A DNA stretch of 33,494 nt, from assembly GCA_035480775.1 (NCBI GenBank), contig DATIHK010000077.1:1-33494 (forward strand), given 5' to 3'. Within the stretch, counting starts at the first letter, position 1; the number at the start of each line of letters is the position of its first letter. The position numbers and the translations under genes are program-made. Below the pieces are notes generated by a model. The model worked only from the letters and a program-made list of their open reading frames with translations. It ran no database searches and was not told the DNA's origin. Origin of the DNA: Candidatus Saccharimonadales bacterium. GTDB lineage: Bacteria > Patescibacteriota > WWE3 > UBA101185 > UBA10185. Below are positions 16,513 to 25,466 of this stretch, in pieces.

Positions 16513-17292
16513 TTATACAATAATCCAAGAATTCATAAAAGAGAGAGGATCTATATCTTCTTCATTTCTATATGCACTGGCTACCATAAGTTTACGAAAA
16601 ATTTTAGATTTTCCGTCTAAACCTGTTCCAACATTTAGTTCATTGTTTACTCCATAATGTTTTATGTGCCCAAATAATTTACTTTTTTTGTTATTCATTT
16701 TCTTGAATAATTTCATTTGCACAGCTAAATCTTCTTGGCCGCCGATCGGTATTTCTTTCGGGCCCTGAGAAGTTATAAGTTTTATAGATCCTAAAACACC
16801 ATTTTCTACATATCTTGGAATACCACCAGTGTTGGCAACCTGTTCGTAAAAATATGGTTCATGGAGAATACACGTGTTATACGAAAGTCTTCCAATATAC
16901 GATCCATCGTTTTCTTGATTTGCTATACGCCATCCAACTCCAAGAAGATTATAAGAACGCAGCAGCTCAGAACCATGTTGTAATTGCCAGAGTTGCAAAT
17001 CCACGCCTACAGAAATAATTAACAGATTAGTATTATTACCTGCTTTGTATAGCGCGTTGATAGGATTTGCAAAGTTCCATTCAGTTTTTTTCAAAGTAAT
17101 AATTTGTGAAACATCTTTTTGCACATGCTCAATGACAGGATCATTTTCTTCTGTAGTAAGCACTATATTAGATGGACCTAAAGTTTGAATATGTGCTAGG
17201 TAAATTTTTAGCAATTCAAAGGTAAGTTTTTTCTCGTAATCTGTGTGATATCTAAGTCCAATCGTAAGATTGTTTTTTAACTTCAGGGGCAT
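16513..17292 (-). CDS. AT-rich uncharacterised protein, possibly GT-A-like, homolog of 15525-16286
   Basis: About 30% GC; TACCAT 6 nt before ATG; SVGVDLQ, YNT, YVENGVL, GGQED, KIFRK. Confidence 0.82.
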   Translation of the reverse strand: MPLKLKNNLTIGLRYHTDYEKKLTFELLKIYLAHIQTLGPSNIVLTTEENDPVIEHVQKDVSQIITLKKTEWNFANPINALYKAGNNTNLLIISVGVDLQLWQLQHGSELLRSYNLLGVGWRIANQENDGSYIGRLSYNTCILHEPYFYEQVANTGGIPRYVENGVLGSIKLITSQGPKEIPIGGQEDLAVQMKLFKKMNNKKSKLFGHIKHYGVNNELNVGTGLDGKSKIFRKLMVASAYRNEEDIDPLSFMNSWIIV

Positions 17293-17311
17293 GCTTTAAT
17301 GGTAATCTATT

Positions 17312-18244
17312 TTATTGCTTTTTTCTAATAACCCAAAAAGCAAAAAGACTTCTGTCATAAGCAGCTTCATAACAACGAGCAAGTTCTTCTGGATCATCTC
17401 TTTTGGTTGTATCTACTGGACGTGGATGCAAAACAGTAAGACTAAAAACATTATCAAAATTTATAAATCCATCTTTATCTGCCACACGAGAAAAAACTTC
17501 AATACCTGGGCCAAGATTTGGTTCTGCAAATTTACCATCTCTGATATCCGGCATAACAGCATACCCACCTTTTTGAATTAGTTCGCCGCCAGCTTGTTCA
17601 ATTAAACTTTCATAAACTTTTGGATTATCAAATTTTTCATCGCCAATATTTCCAACATCTTTTCCGTCAACAGCTTTGTTAACAGTTAAGCCAAAAACTT
17701 CTCTAACGTGTGGATCTGATTGGGCTGCAGTTGGAACACTTATTATAACTGTATCAGCTTTATCCATAAGATTTTTTATCATTTGAATGCGTTCGTCTGG
17801 GCTATAATGCTCTAGTATTCCTTGACTAAAAATTACGTTAGTTTGTGGAATATCACCCGCCTTAAGCATATCGCCTTGAAATAAAGTTAACATTCCAGTA
17901 CCTGGAGAGTGTGTTTTGTCGACAATATTAGCTTTTACTCCTAGTGCTTGTGCATTTCTGGCCACACTTTGATTAACTGCATTACTTAAATCCATTCCGG
18001 CACATTTGTAGCCTTCTTTTGTTAATTCAATTGAAAGTGTACCGAAGCCCACACCAGTTTCTAATACTGTATCGCCTGGTTTTACATATTTCTTTATAGT
18101 GTTTAATAACGGTTCGTTTTCTAGAAGTCGCCAGTTGTTATATCCTTCATTGCTATTGCCGAATCTATCGGCCATCTTTCTTTCGTAATATCCTGCCCAG
18201 TCGAACTCTTTGGCGCTATCATTTTCTAGTTTAGTTGGTTCCAT
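17312..18244 (-). CDS. Class I SAM-dependent methyltransferase
   Basis: VLETGVGFG motif I, GMDLS, QGDM, FSQGILEHY. Confidence 0.88.
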   Translation of the reverse strand: MEPTKLENDSAKEFDWAGYYERKMADRFGNSNEGYNNWRLLENEPLLNTIKKYVKPGDTVLETGVGFGTLSIELTKEGYKCAGMDLSNAVNQSVARNAQALGVKANIVDKTHSPGTGMLTLFQGDMLKAGDIPQTNVIFSQGILEHYSPDERIQMIKNLMDKADTVIISVPTAAQSDPHVREVFGLTVNKAVDGKDVGNIGDEKFDNPKVYESLIEQAGGELIQKGGYAVMPDIRDGKFAEPNLGPGIEVFSRVADKDGFINFDNVFSLTVLHPRPVDTTKRDDPEELARCYEAAYDRSLFAFWVIRKKQ

Positions 18245-19226
18245 GTGTGCTTTTTGCCAAAATATCTTGGTGTGCTAAATACCACTCAACTGTAGTTTTT
18301 AATCCTTCGGTTAGAGTAACTTTTGGTTCGTAGTGCAAAATCTTTTTGGCGCGATCAATACTAACGTCTACCGTCTGTGGAACAAGCCGATTAAAGTCTT
18401 TTTCGTGTTTGGTCATTATTACTTTGCTTGGGTCCTTGCCCATTATTGTGGCAATTTCGGTAACAAGTTGCGAAATAGCAGTAGATTTTCCGCTAGCAAT
18501 ATTTATAGCTTGAAATTTTATACGCTTGTTTAGTGAAGCAATTATATAATTCACCGCATCATCGATATAGATATAATCTCTGGTTGTATCATTAGAATAT
18601 AAATCTATTGGCAAATTGCGATTTAATCTATCAATTATTAATGGAATAACTGTGTGTGGTTTCATTCCCGGTCCATATACAGAAAAAATTCTTAGAATTA
18701 CGGCTGGAAGTTTATAAAAATTATTCATAAAATGAATAACTTCTTCAGCTGCCATCTTAGAAGCTCCGTGAGGAGATATTGGCTTTGGCAAAATCTTTTT
18801 TTCGGTTAGCAATGGTTTCTTAACATTTCCATATACACTGTAGGTTGAGGCAAATATAAATTTTTTAGCTTTTAGATAGTTTGAGAGTTCGAAAATCTTA
18901 GAAGTTCCGACGACATTAGTCACCAAATACGGAGTGTATTTGATCATTTCTGCCGAATCATAATAGATGTCTTTAGCCGCCAAATGTATAGTGTAATCTA
19001 CTGTTTCATTTTGAAAGATTGAGTTAAATGCGTCATTAACAACATCTAATTTTATAAATCTAAATTTTGGATTCTTTTTTAATTCTTCAGTACGCGCTTC
19101 TTTAATAGAGACATCGTATTCGTCATTGTGATTATCGATGCCTATTACTTCATGACCTTGCGATAAAAGTTTTGTACATAAATTAGATCCTATAAAACCT
19201 GCCGATCCCGTTACTAGTATTCTCAT
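18231..19226 (-). CDS. NAD-dependent epimerase/dehydratase-like SDR with the catalytic Tyr replaced by His
   Basis: TGSAGFIG, IHLAA, PISPHGASK (HxxxK). Confidence 0.88.
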   Translation of the reverse strand: MRILVTGSAGFIGSNLCTKLLSQGHEVIGIDNHNDEYDVSIKEARTEELKKNPKFRFIKLDVVNDAFNSIFQNETVDYTIHLAAKDIYYDSAEMIKYTPYLVTNVVGTSKIFELSNYLKAKKFIFASTYSVYGNVKKPLLTEKKILPKPISPHGASKMAAEEVIHFMNNFYKLPAVILRIFSVYGPGMKPHTVIPLIIDRLNRNLPIDLYSNDTTRDYIYIDDAVNYIIASLNKRIKFQAINIASGKSTAISQLVTEIATIMGKDPSKVIMTKHEKDFNRLVPQTVDVSIDRAKKILHYEPKVTLTEGLKTTVEWYLAHQDILAKSTHGTN

Positions 19227-19262
19227 GCTGGAATTATATTACATTTGTTATAATCTTTCAGT

Positions 19263-20342
19263 ATGAAAGTATTTGTCTCCGGCGCGGCCGGATTTATTGG
19301 AAGCTATATTTCGCGTGCCCTCGTTTGGCGAGGCGATGCAGTAGTTGGATTTGATAACTTTAATAATTACTATCCCAAAAACTGCAAAGAATTTAATGTT
19401 GATTTAATTAACCTATCCTCAGGAAGGAAAACTCAGTTTTTTCCAGCACAAACTGTTGAACCAATATACGAAAAAATAGAAAGTTTTTATGATAAACCAA
19501 TTCAAAAAGAACGCGGATACTTTTCGTTTGTCGAAGGTGACATTACTAATCATGATTTTCTCGAGTATTTGTTCGAAAAAGAGAAATTTGATGCTGTGAT
19601 TCATTTGGCCGCCATGGCGGGAGTTCCTCTTTCTACCAAAAATCCTCGTTTATATACATCAGTAAATGTCGATGGAACTATGAATCTTTTAAATGTTTCT
19701 AAAGACACTGGCGTTAAAAAGTTTGTTTTTGGTTCATCATCTTCGGTTTATGGTAATCGCGAAGACAAAAAAGTTACCGAAGAAGATAATGTTATGAACG
19801 CAGCATCTCCATATGGAGCTACGAAAGTTGCAGGAGAAGTTTTGTGTCATGCTGCTTCGGTGGTTTTTGGTATGAATATAACAATTGATCGCATTTTTGG
19901 TCCCATATATGGCCCATTACAACGCCCGGCTGGAATGTTAATGCAAAGAGCCATTAATTACACTCACAACAATAAAAAGGTGCAGGTTTACGGCAGAAAA
20001 GGCTTGGATTCCGCCAAAGACAGTACTTATATCGATGATCAGGTAGATGGTTTGTTGAAATGTCTTGATTATCAAGGGCATTTTGATGTTTTTAACATAG
20101 GGACTTCTGATCCTCAAAGTATGCGCGAGTGGTTTGGGGCTATCGAGAAATATATGGGTAAGCCCGTTCCCTACGAAATAGTCGAGGTTGATAAGGGTGA
20201 TGTAGCCGCAAGTGCCGACATCTCAAAAGCCAAAAAATTGCTCGGTTACGAGCCAAAAGCCACTTTGGACGAAGCCGTAAAGCGCCAAGTTGAAGTTTTT
20301 AACCTTATGCCAGATTGGTATCAAACTCTCCCCAATGTATAA
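19263..20342 (+). CDS. NAD-dependent epimerase/dehydratase (UDP-glucuronate 4-epimerase-like)
   Basis: SGAAGFIG, IHLAAMAGV, SSSSVYG, SPYGATK. Confidence 0.9.
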   Translation: MKVFVSGAAGFIGSYISRALVWRGDAVVGFDNFNNYYPKNCKEFNVDLINLSSGRKTQFFPAQTVEPIYEKIESFYDKPIQKERGYFSFVEGDITNHDFLEYLFEKEKFDAVIHLAAMAGVPLSTKNPRLYTSVNVDGTMNLLNVSKDTGVKKFVFGSSSSVYGNREDKKVTEEDNVMNAASPYGATKVAGEVLCHAASVVFGMNITIDRIFGPIYGPLQRPAGMLMQRAINYTHNNKKVQVYGRKGLDSAKDSTYIDDQVDGLLKCLDYQGHFDVFNIGTSDPQSMREWFGAIEKYMGKPVPYEIVEVDKGDVAASADISKAKKLLGYEPKATLDEAVKRQVEVFNLMPDWYQTLPNV

Positions 20343-20387
20343 TTGAATTTGTGATACATCGGATTTGTAGTATAATCCTATAGCATT

Positions 20388-21344
20388 ATGGATTTATCAA
20401 TAGTCAGTTGGATTCACAACTGCGAAGATACAATTGAAGAACTTTACACCCGCGTGTCCAATACAATGGATTTAATAGGCAGTTCTTACGAAATTATTTT
20501 AATAAATGATGGTTCTACTGATAACTCTTGGGATATTATAAAAGACTTACACAAAAAAGATCCGCATGTAAAAGCAATAAACTTTTCAAGATATTATGGA
20601 CATTCAGCCGGTTTGCAAGCAGGATTTGATGCCGCCAAAGGCGATTTAGTATTTACCATCTCACCAACTTTAGAAAATGCTCCAGAAGAGCTTCCAAAAT
20701 TTATTGAAGAAATGCGTTCACATAATTACGATATGATTGTTGGCTGTAGAAAACATAAAGCTAAAGGCAAAAAAGTTCGCGGATTAGTTTCTAAAATTGC
20801 TAATAAAATGATTAGCCTTGCCGCTGGACATCAAATAACTGACATGACATCTCCATATCGTTTAATTAAAAAAAGTGTTTTATCTAACTTAAGATTATAC
20901 GGAGATCATTATATGTTTTTGCCGGCTTTGGCCAGCTTATACGGAGCTAGATTTGGCGAAATTGATATCGAACATTCAAAACCTAAAAACAAGAGTTACA
21001 AAAATGTACATATGCGTTTAATTCCTACAGCTCTTGATATTGTGGTATTAAAGTTTTTAGTTTCTTTTTCAACTCCTCCATTTTCAACAGCTCCAATTAG
21101 AGTTTTTGGTGGAACTGGTATAGTTTCACTTTTAATTGGTTTAGTTTTAGGAATATACCTTTCTGTAGACAAATTACTTTTTGGGCATAGTATAGGTAAT
21201 AGACCTTTGTTACTATTATCTATATTAATGGTAATGTTAGGAGCAATGTTTGTGCTGATGGGACTTTTAGGCGAATTATTAGTTAGAATTTATTTTGAAG
21301 GTCAAAACAAAATGACTTATCATATTAGAGAGGTTTTCAAATGA
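20388..21344 (+). CDS. GT2 polyprenyl-phosphate glycosyltransferase-like (ArnC/DPM-type), DxD lost
   Basis: INDGSTDNS, FSRYYG, TISPTLEN at the DAD site, two C-terminal TM helices. Confidence 0.88.
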   Translation: MDLSIVSWIHNCEDTIEELYTRVSNTMDLIGSSYEIILINDGSTDNSWDIIKDLHKKDPHVKAINFSRYYGHSAGLQAGFDAAKGDLVFTISPTLENAPEELPKFIEEMRSHNYDMIVGCRKHKAKGKKVRGLVSKIANKMISLAAGHQITDMTSPYRLIKKSVLSNLRLYGDHYMFLPALASLYGARFGEIDIEHSKPKNKSYKNVHMRLIPTALDIVVLKFLVSFSTPPFSTAPIRVFGGTGIVSLLIGLVLGIYLSVDKLLFGHSIGNRPLLLLSILMVMLGAMFVLMGLLGELLVRIYFEGQNKMTYHIREVFK

Positions 21345-22309
21345 ACGATAAAAAACTAGTATCAATTGTTATTCCCTGCTACAACGAAGAAAAAAATATC
21401 AATCGTACTTTTGACGGATTGTTAGAAATTGCCAAAGATTATAAGTATGATTTCGAATTTATTGCTGTTAACGATGGAAGTAAAGATGGAACTTGGAAAG
21501 TTATCGAAGAATACGCCTCAAAAAATTCTAATATAGTTGGAATTAATCAAATGACTAATTTTGGACAAAGTGCCGCTTACCAAGCCGGATTTGATGCTTC
21601 AAAAGGTGACTATGTTTTAACACTAGCCGCCGACTTAGAAACTCCATTAGAAAATGTGACAAAAGTTATCGACCTTTTAGATGAAGGTTATGATTTTGTG
21701 AATACCAATCGCGTCGGACGTTGGGGAGCCGAAAAAGCCGAACGCCAACAAAAAAGCGGAATTGCCAATAAACTAATTGCAAAAATTTCTGGTGTTAATA
21801 TGAAAGATCGCGGCTCTGGTTTAAAAGGATTTAAACGCGTTCTTATAGAAAATTTAAGATTTTATGGCGAAATGCACAGATTTATTCCAGACTATCTATC
21901 TGTCTATGGCGCAAAAATGACCGAGTTCGATGTCGAATTTAAGGATCGCGACTACGGTAAATCTTATTACGCCGGTCACAAGAGAACAATTAAAGTTTTA
22001 CTAGATTTAATTACTTTAGCATTTATGCTCTATTTTGCGCGCAAACCTTTTAGAGCTATGCCTGGTCGATTATTTGGTTTTACTGGCGCTGTTATTACAG
22101 GAGTTGGATTTTTGATAAGTGCTTATTTAGCTGTTTTAAAAATAATGGGACACAATATTGGCGACCGCCCTTTGTTTGCAGTAGCAATATTTTTAATCGT
22201 TGTAGGTGTTCAGTCTATGATGATGGGAATGTTAGGTGAATTAATAATGAGAGTTTACTTTGAATCAAGCGGCCGAAAAACTTATGTTGTGCGCAAGCGC
22301 GTAAACTAA
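21341..22309 (+). CDS. GT2 polyprenyl-phosphate glycosyltransferase (ArnC/DPM-type)
   Basis: VIPCYNEE, VNDGSKD, NFGQSAA, LAADLE, YGEMHRFIP, two C-terminal TM helices. Confidence 0.9.
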   Translation: MNDKKLVSIVIPCYNEEKNINRTFDGLLEIAKDYKYDFEFIAVNDGSKDGTWKVIEEYASKNSNIVGINQMTNFGQSAAYQAGFDASKGDYVLTLAADLETPLENVTKVIDLLDEGYDFVNTNRVGRWGAEKAERQQKSGIANKLIAKISGVNMKDRGSGLKGFKRVLIENLRFYGEMHRFIPDYLSVYGAKMTEFDVEFKDRDYGKSYYAGHKRTIKVLLDLITLAFMLYFARKPFRAMPGRLFGFTGAVITGVGFLISAYLAVLKIMGHNIGDRPLFAVAIFLIVVGVQSMMMGMLGELIMRVYFESSGRKTYVVRKRVN

Positions 22310-22336
22310 CTACTATTAGCAATTCTCAAATAATAT

Positions 22337-22477
22337 TGGTATAATGCCCCTGTCTCTTGTAAGTATTCTTACGGCCGTTAACGGCTTTAATGATCAGGTT
22401 AGCTTAGGAGTTTTCCTCGTAAGTCTTCCCCATTAAGAGAGTTGTTATCAAATTGTCCTGAGGGGTGGTGTATTTAA
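22337..22477 (+). promoter_or_regulatory. Promoter and about 125-nt structured 5' leader of the RRM gene
   Basis: TGgTATAAT at 22337-22345; hairpins gtaag/cttac, gccgttaacggc, ttaatg/cattaa; purine-rich SD-like gaggggtgg. Confidence 0.5.
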
Positions 22478-22783
22478 TTGACAAAATTATATGTTGGAAA
22501 TTTACCATACAGTGTTAACGATCAAGCATTAGCTGATATGTTCGCTGCTTATGGAACAGTAAATTCTTCTACCGTTATCATAGATAAAGGTACAGGAAGA
22601 AGTAAAGGTTTCGGATTCGTCGAATTAGAAGCAGACGAAATGGCACAAAATGCTATTAACGAACTTAATGGAAAAGACATGCAAGGAAGAAATCTCGTAG
22701 TTTCAGTCGCAAGACCTATGGAACCACGAGCTCCAAGAAGTGGAGGTTTCGATAGAAACCGAAACGGAGGAAGTAGATACTAA
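22478..22783 (+). CDS. RRM (RNP-1) RNA-binding protein with a Gly/Arg tail
   Basis: RNP2 LYVGNL, RNP1 KGFGFVEL; TTG start. Confidence 0.95.
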   Translation: MTKLYVGNLPYSVNDQALADMFAAYGTVNSSTVIIDKGTGRSKGFGFVELEADEMAQNAINELNGKDMQGRNLVVSVARPMEPRAPRSGGFDRNRNGGSRY

Positions 22784-22804
22784 TATCTATTTGATTCCTT
22801 AGAG

Positions 22805-22832
22805 AAAGCCGGTGTAACAGCCGGCTTTTTTT
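22805..22832 (+). terminator. Intrinsic terminator
   Basis: aaagccgg-tgtaacag-ccggcttt-tttt. Confidence 0.85.
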
Positions 22833-22874
22833 ATTCAAATATACAAACTAAAAATTAGTGATTATAATTATTAC

Positions 22875-23057
22875 ATGACTGGTAACAGAACTGTAAGACA
22901 ATTAATGGTATTGGTTGTAATGTTTGTAGTTATCGTGGGAATCGTAGTTTTTATATTAGCCAAGCTTGGATTAAATCTTCCTATTCCACTAATTGTAGTT
23001 CTTTTATTTCCGCTATTTTTGGGATTTGCAGCTTATATTAAAAACAGAATTAATTAA
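22875..23057 (+). CDS. Small 2-TM membrane protein
   Basis: Two hydrophobic helices; TATAAT 6 nt before ATG. Confidence 0.7.
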   Translation: MTGNRTVRQLMVLVVMFVVIVGIVVFILAKLGLNLPIPLIVVLLFPLFLGFAAYIKNRIN

Positions 23058-23658
23058 CTTGTACACCTAATTTAGTAAGCTGTTGCGCAAAATCTTCGTA
23101 AGTTGTGTAAAGAATTGTATTTATTCCGACTGTTTTTGCCCCTTCTATGTTTGGTTCGTAATCGTCTCCGTAAACTATTTCATCGGCTGGAAGTCCGCTG
23201 CGTTTTAATAAAGCTTCGAAAATTTCTTTGTTTGGTTTATCTACCCCTCTTATAAAAGAAAAAACGGCTTCGTCGAAATTTTCTAAGAAGTGAAATTTTT
23301 GCTGAAGGCCTTCGATTCTAGCTTGATAACTATTAGAACAAATAAGCGTTTTTATGCCATTTTCTCTGAGTCGTTTTATTAGTTGTTCGATAGGTTTATT
23401 TAATTCGTATCCTGAAATCAATAAATCGACCGCTTCTGCGGGAGTTAAGTGCAGTCCCATAGCTTTTATTGCCCATTCCCAATATTTGTCGTCGCTTATT
23501 TTGCCGAGTTTGTAAATTTTATTCATGACATCAGATTTTACAAATATTCTTTCGGCTTCTTCATATGGGGCGCCTTGCTCAGTTACATTTTTTATGAAAT
23601 TAGTTCGACCTTTTAAAAAGTAGACATCTTCGAGTGCAATGCAAACTGCTTTTATCAT
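23050..23658 (-). CDS. HAD-superfamily hydrolase-like protein; start moved to the ATG at 23658
   Basis: MIKAV start 6 nt after TATAAT; CSN, DKP, GDD motifs; motif I reads CIALEDV. Confidence 0.82.
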   Translation of the reverse strand: MIKAVCIALEDVYFLKGRTNFIKNVTEQGAPYEEAERIFVKSDVMNKIYKLGKISDDKYWEWAIKAMGLHLTPAEAVDLLISGYELNKPIEQLIKRLRENGIKTLICSNSYQARIEGLQQKFHFLENFDEAVFSFIRGVDKPNKEIFEALLKRSGLPADEIVYGDDYEPNIEGAKTVGINTILYTTYEDFAQQLTKLGVQVN

Positions 23659-23708
23659 ATTTAAATTATACACTGAAAAATTTCTAGCATACTTGCGCTA
23701 TTATATCA

Positions 23709-24824
23709 TTGAGGATTTGTATGAAGCTTAAATATATCTTAATTTTAGTTTTAGGTTTTGCGGTTAGTATTGGCGGAATTGCTTATTTTAAGTCAACCTT
23801 AAAAAAGACAATTTATAACACAACAAATATTACAGCTCAAAATTTGCAATCTGGATGCACTTTAACTACTGCAAAAAATGGTTGGCAAAACAAAACTTTT
23901 TCTGACCAATCAGGAATTGTAACGGTTACATTTACTGTCACTCCGTTTGGTGATGTAAGAAATAGTGTAATTGCTTTGTCTGATGCAAACATTTCAGACA
24001 AAAGTAATTTTGCAGCTAGCGTTATTTTTACCGACTCCGGATTAATCAAAGCCACAAATGGTTCTGATTATGTTGACTCTTTGGGTGTGCCCTATTTAAA
24101 TAATGTTAGTTATACTTTTAGATTTGCCTTAGATACTTCTAAACAAAGCTATTCTGCATATGTAACTTCTAGCGGAAGTACTGAAAAATCTTTGGGAAGT
24201 GATTTGGCGCTTAATAAGAAAGTTTCAAAATTAAATTTATTATCTATTCGTATCGATCCGTCAAAAACTGGTTATCTAACAATGTGTAAATTTAATGCTT
24301 CGTCAGATTCTGTGGTAATAACATCGCCAACTCCGACTCCAAATATTTCTGAAGGTCTTCCAGCAGGATGTGTAGCAGTTTCTGATACTTCAGGTTTTTT
24401 AAATACCCCAATGGCAATTCAAGAGGGTATTTTTAATATTGAGTTTGATGCCACTCCTTCGATAAATTTCGGTAATATGTTTGTTGGGCTATCCAAAGAT
24501 AGTCGCATAGATTTTAACGGCCTTGCTGCAATAGTACGATTTAATATAAAAGGCTACATTGATGCGCGTGATGGGGATGTTTATATTCCATCAAAAATTA
24601 CCTACAAAGCTAATACACCAGATCATTTTAGACTGGTAGCAGATATTCCAAATGGAAAGTATTCGGCATATGTAACTCCAAAAGGAGCAAATGAAATAAC
24701 CTTAGGTACTAATCTGGAATTTAGATCAGATCAAAAAAATGTTAGAGAATTAAATAATTGGGCCGCTGCCATTGGTATAGGAACAGCCGGAAATTTGTTA
24801 ATTTGCAACTTTAAAATTTATTAA
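23709..24824 (+). CDS. Membrane-anchored surface protein with two tandem beta-sandwich-like repeats (start probably ATG 23721)
   Basis: N-terminal TM; repeats sharing GC..N..Q.G..F..TP..AA..F..G.I.A..G..Y..FR..D..YSAYVT..G..E..LG, joined by a PT linker. Confidence 0.8.
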   Translation: MRICMKLKYILILVLGFAVSIGGIAYFKSTLKKTIYNTTNITAQNLQSGCTLTTAKNGWQNKTFSDQSGIVTVTFTVTPFGDVRNSVIALSDANISDKSNFAASVIFTDSGLIKATNGSDYVDSLGVPYLNNVSYTFRFALDTSKQSYSAYVTSSGSTEKSLGSDLALNKKVSKLNLLSIRIDPSKTGYLTMCKFNASSDSVVITSPTPTPNISEGLPAGCVAVSDTSGFLNTPMAIQEGIFNIEFDATPSINFGNMFVGLSKDSRIDFNGLAAIVRFNIKGYIDARDGDVYIPSKITYKANTPDHFRLVADIPNGKYSAYVTPKGANEITLGTNLEFRSDQKNVRELNNWAAAIGIGTAGNLLICNFKIY

Positions 24825-24910
24825 ACTAATTTGTATTGCAAAGTATTTAAGTTGTGAGTAAAATCTATTAAAGTTTGCTGCGGCCTTGGAAAATCTAAGG
24901 AGAGGACCCA

Positions 24911-25249
24911 ATGCATGTAAGAATGCCAGCTCGTGGCCAGCCAGAAGTTCTGATCCGCGAATTGGAAGAGGCGGGTATCGGACATGGTGCCGTCGATGTC
25001 CCCGTCACCCTCCACCGCGTTCGTCTCGCCCCCGGGGCACTCAAGGACGAAGCGCTGCTCTACTTCTGTCCCATGGAAGGGATCTCACTCCGCCGGAGCC
25101 TCTCTTTGCGCCGGCCGGTCCTGGGCGAGAATGAATATCCGGCAAGTACCGTGGTGGTAACAGGACAGGTCGCGCAACGCAACGGACTGTTCGACCTCAA
25201 AGCGCGAATAACCTGGAACGGTCGTCTCGCCGTCGCCGTCGAAGCCTAG
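24911..25249 (+). CDS. GC-rich orphan protein (unit 4)
   Basis: About 63% GC in a sampled line; TTGCAA-17-TAAAAT (24836-24864); SD AAGGAGAGG; own 3' hairpin. Confidence 0.72.
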   Translation: MHVRMPARGQPEVLIRELEEAGIGHGAVDVPVTLHRVRLAPGALKDEALLYFCPMEGISLRRSLSLRRPVLGENEYPASTVVVTGQVAQRNGLFDLKARITWNGRLAVAVEA

Positions 25250-25309
25250 CATCCTCACCGCTGATCTCTAACGAAAAGGAATTAACTTTGTCGCCGCAGC
25301 GACCGAGTA

Positions 25310-25352
25310 AGGCCGGAACATATCTCACGATATCTTCCGGCCTGTATTTTTT
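25310..25352 (+). terminator. 15-bp 3' hairpin + U-tail of unit 4
   Basis: aggccggaacatatc-tcac-gatatcttccggcct-gtatttttt. Confidence 0.75.
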
Positions 25353-25378
25353 ATAAATTTCAATTCTATTTAGAAAAT

Positions 25379-25429
25379 AAAAAAACCGTCAGATCTGTGC
25401 GAAGTACTTGTGCACGGACACTGACGGTT
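25379..25429 (-). terminator. Long interrupted 3' hairpin + U-tail of unit 5
   Basis: Sense strand: aaccgtcag-tg-tccgtgc...gcacaga-t-ctgacggtt-tttttatttt. Confidence 0.75.
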
Positions 25430-25466
25430 GCGCTACGCATGTCGGAGATTACATACGAAGCTGAGA

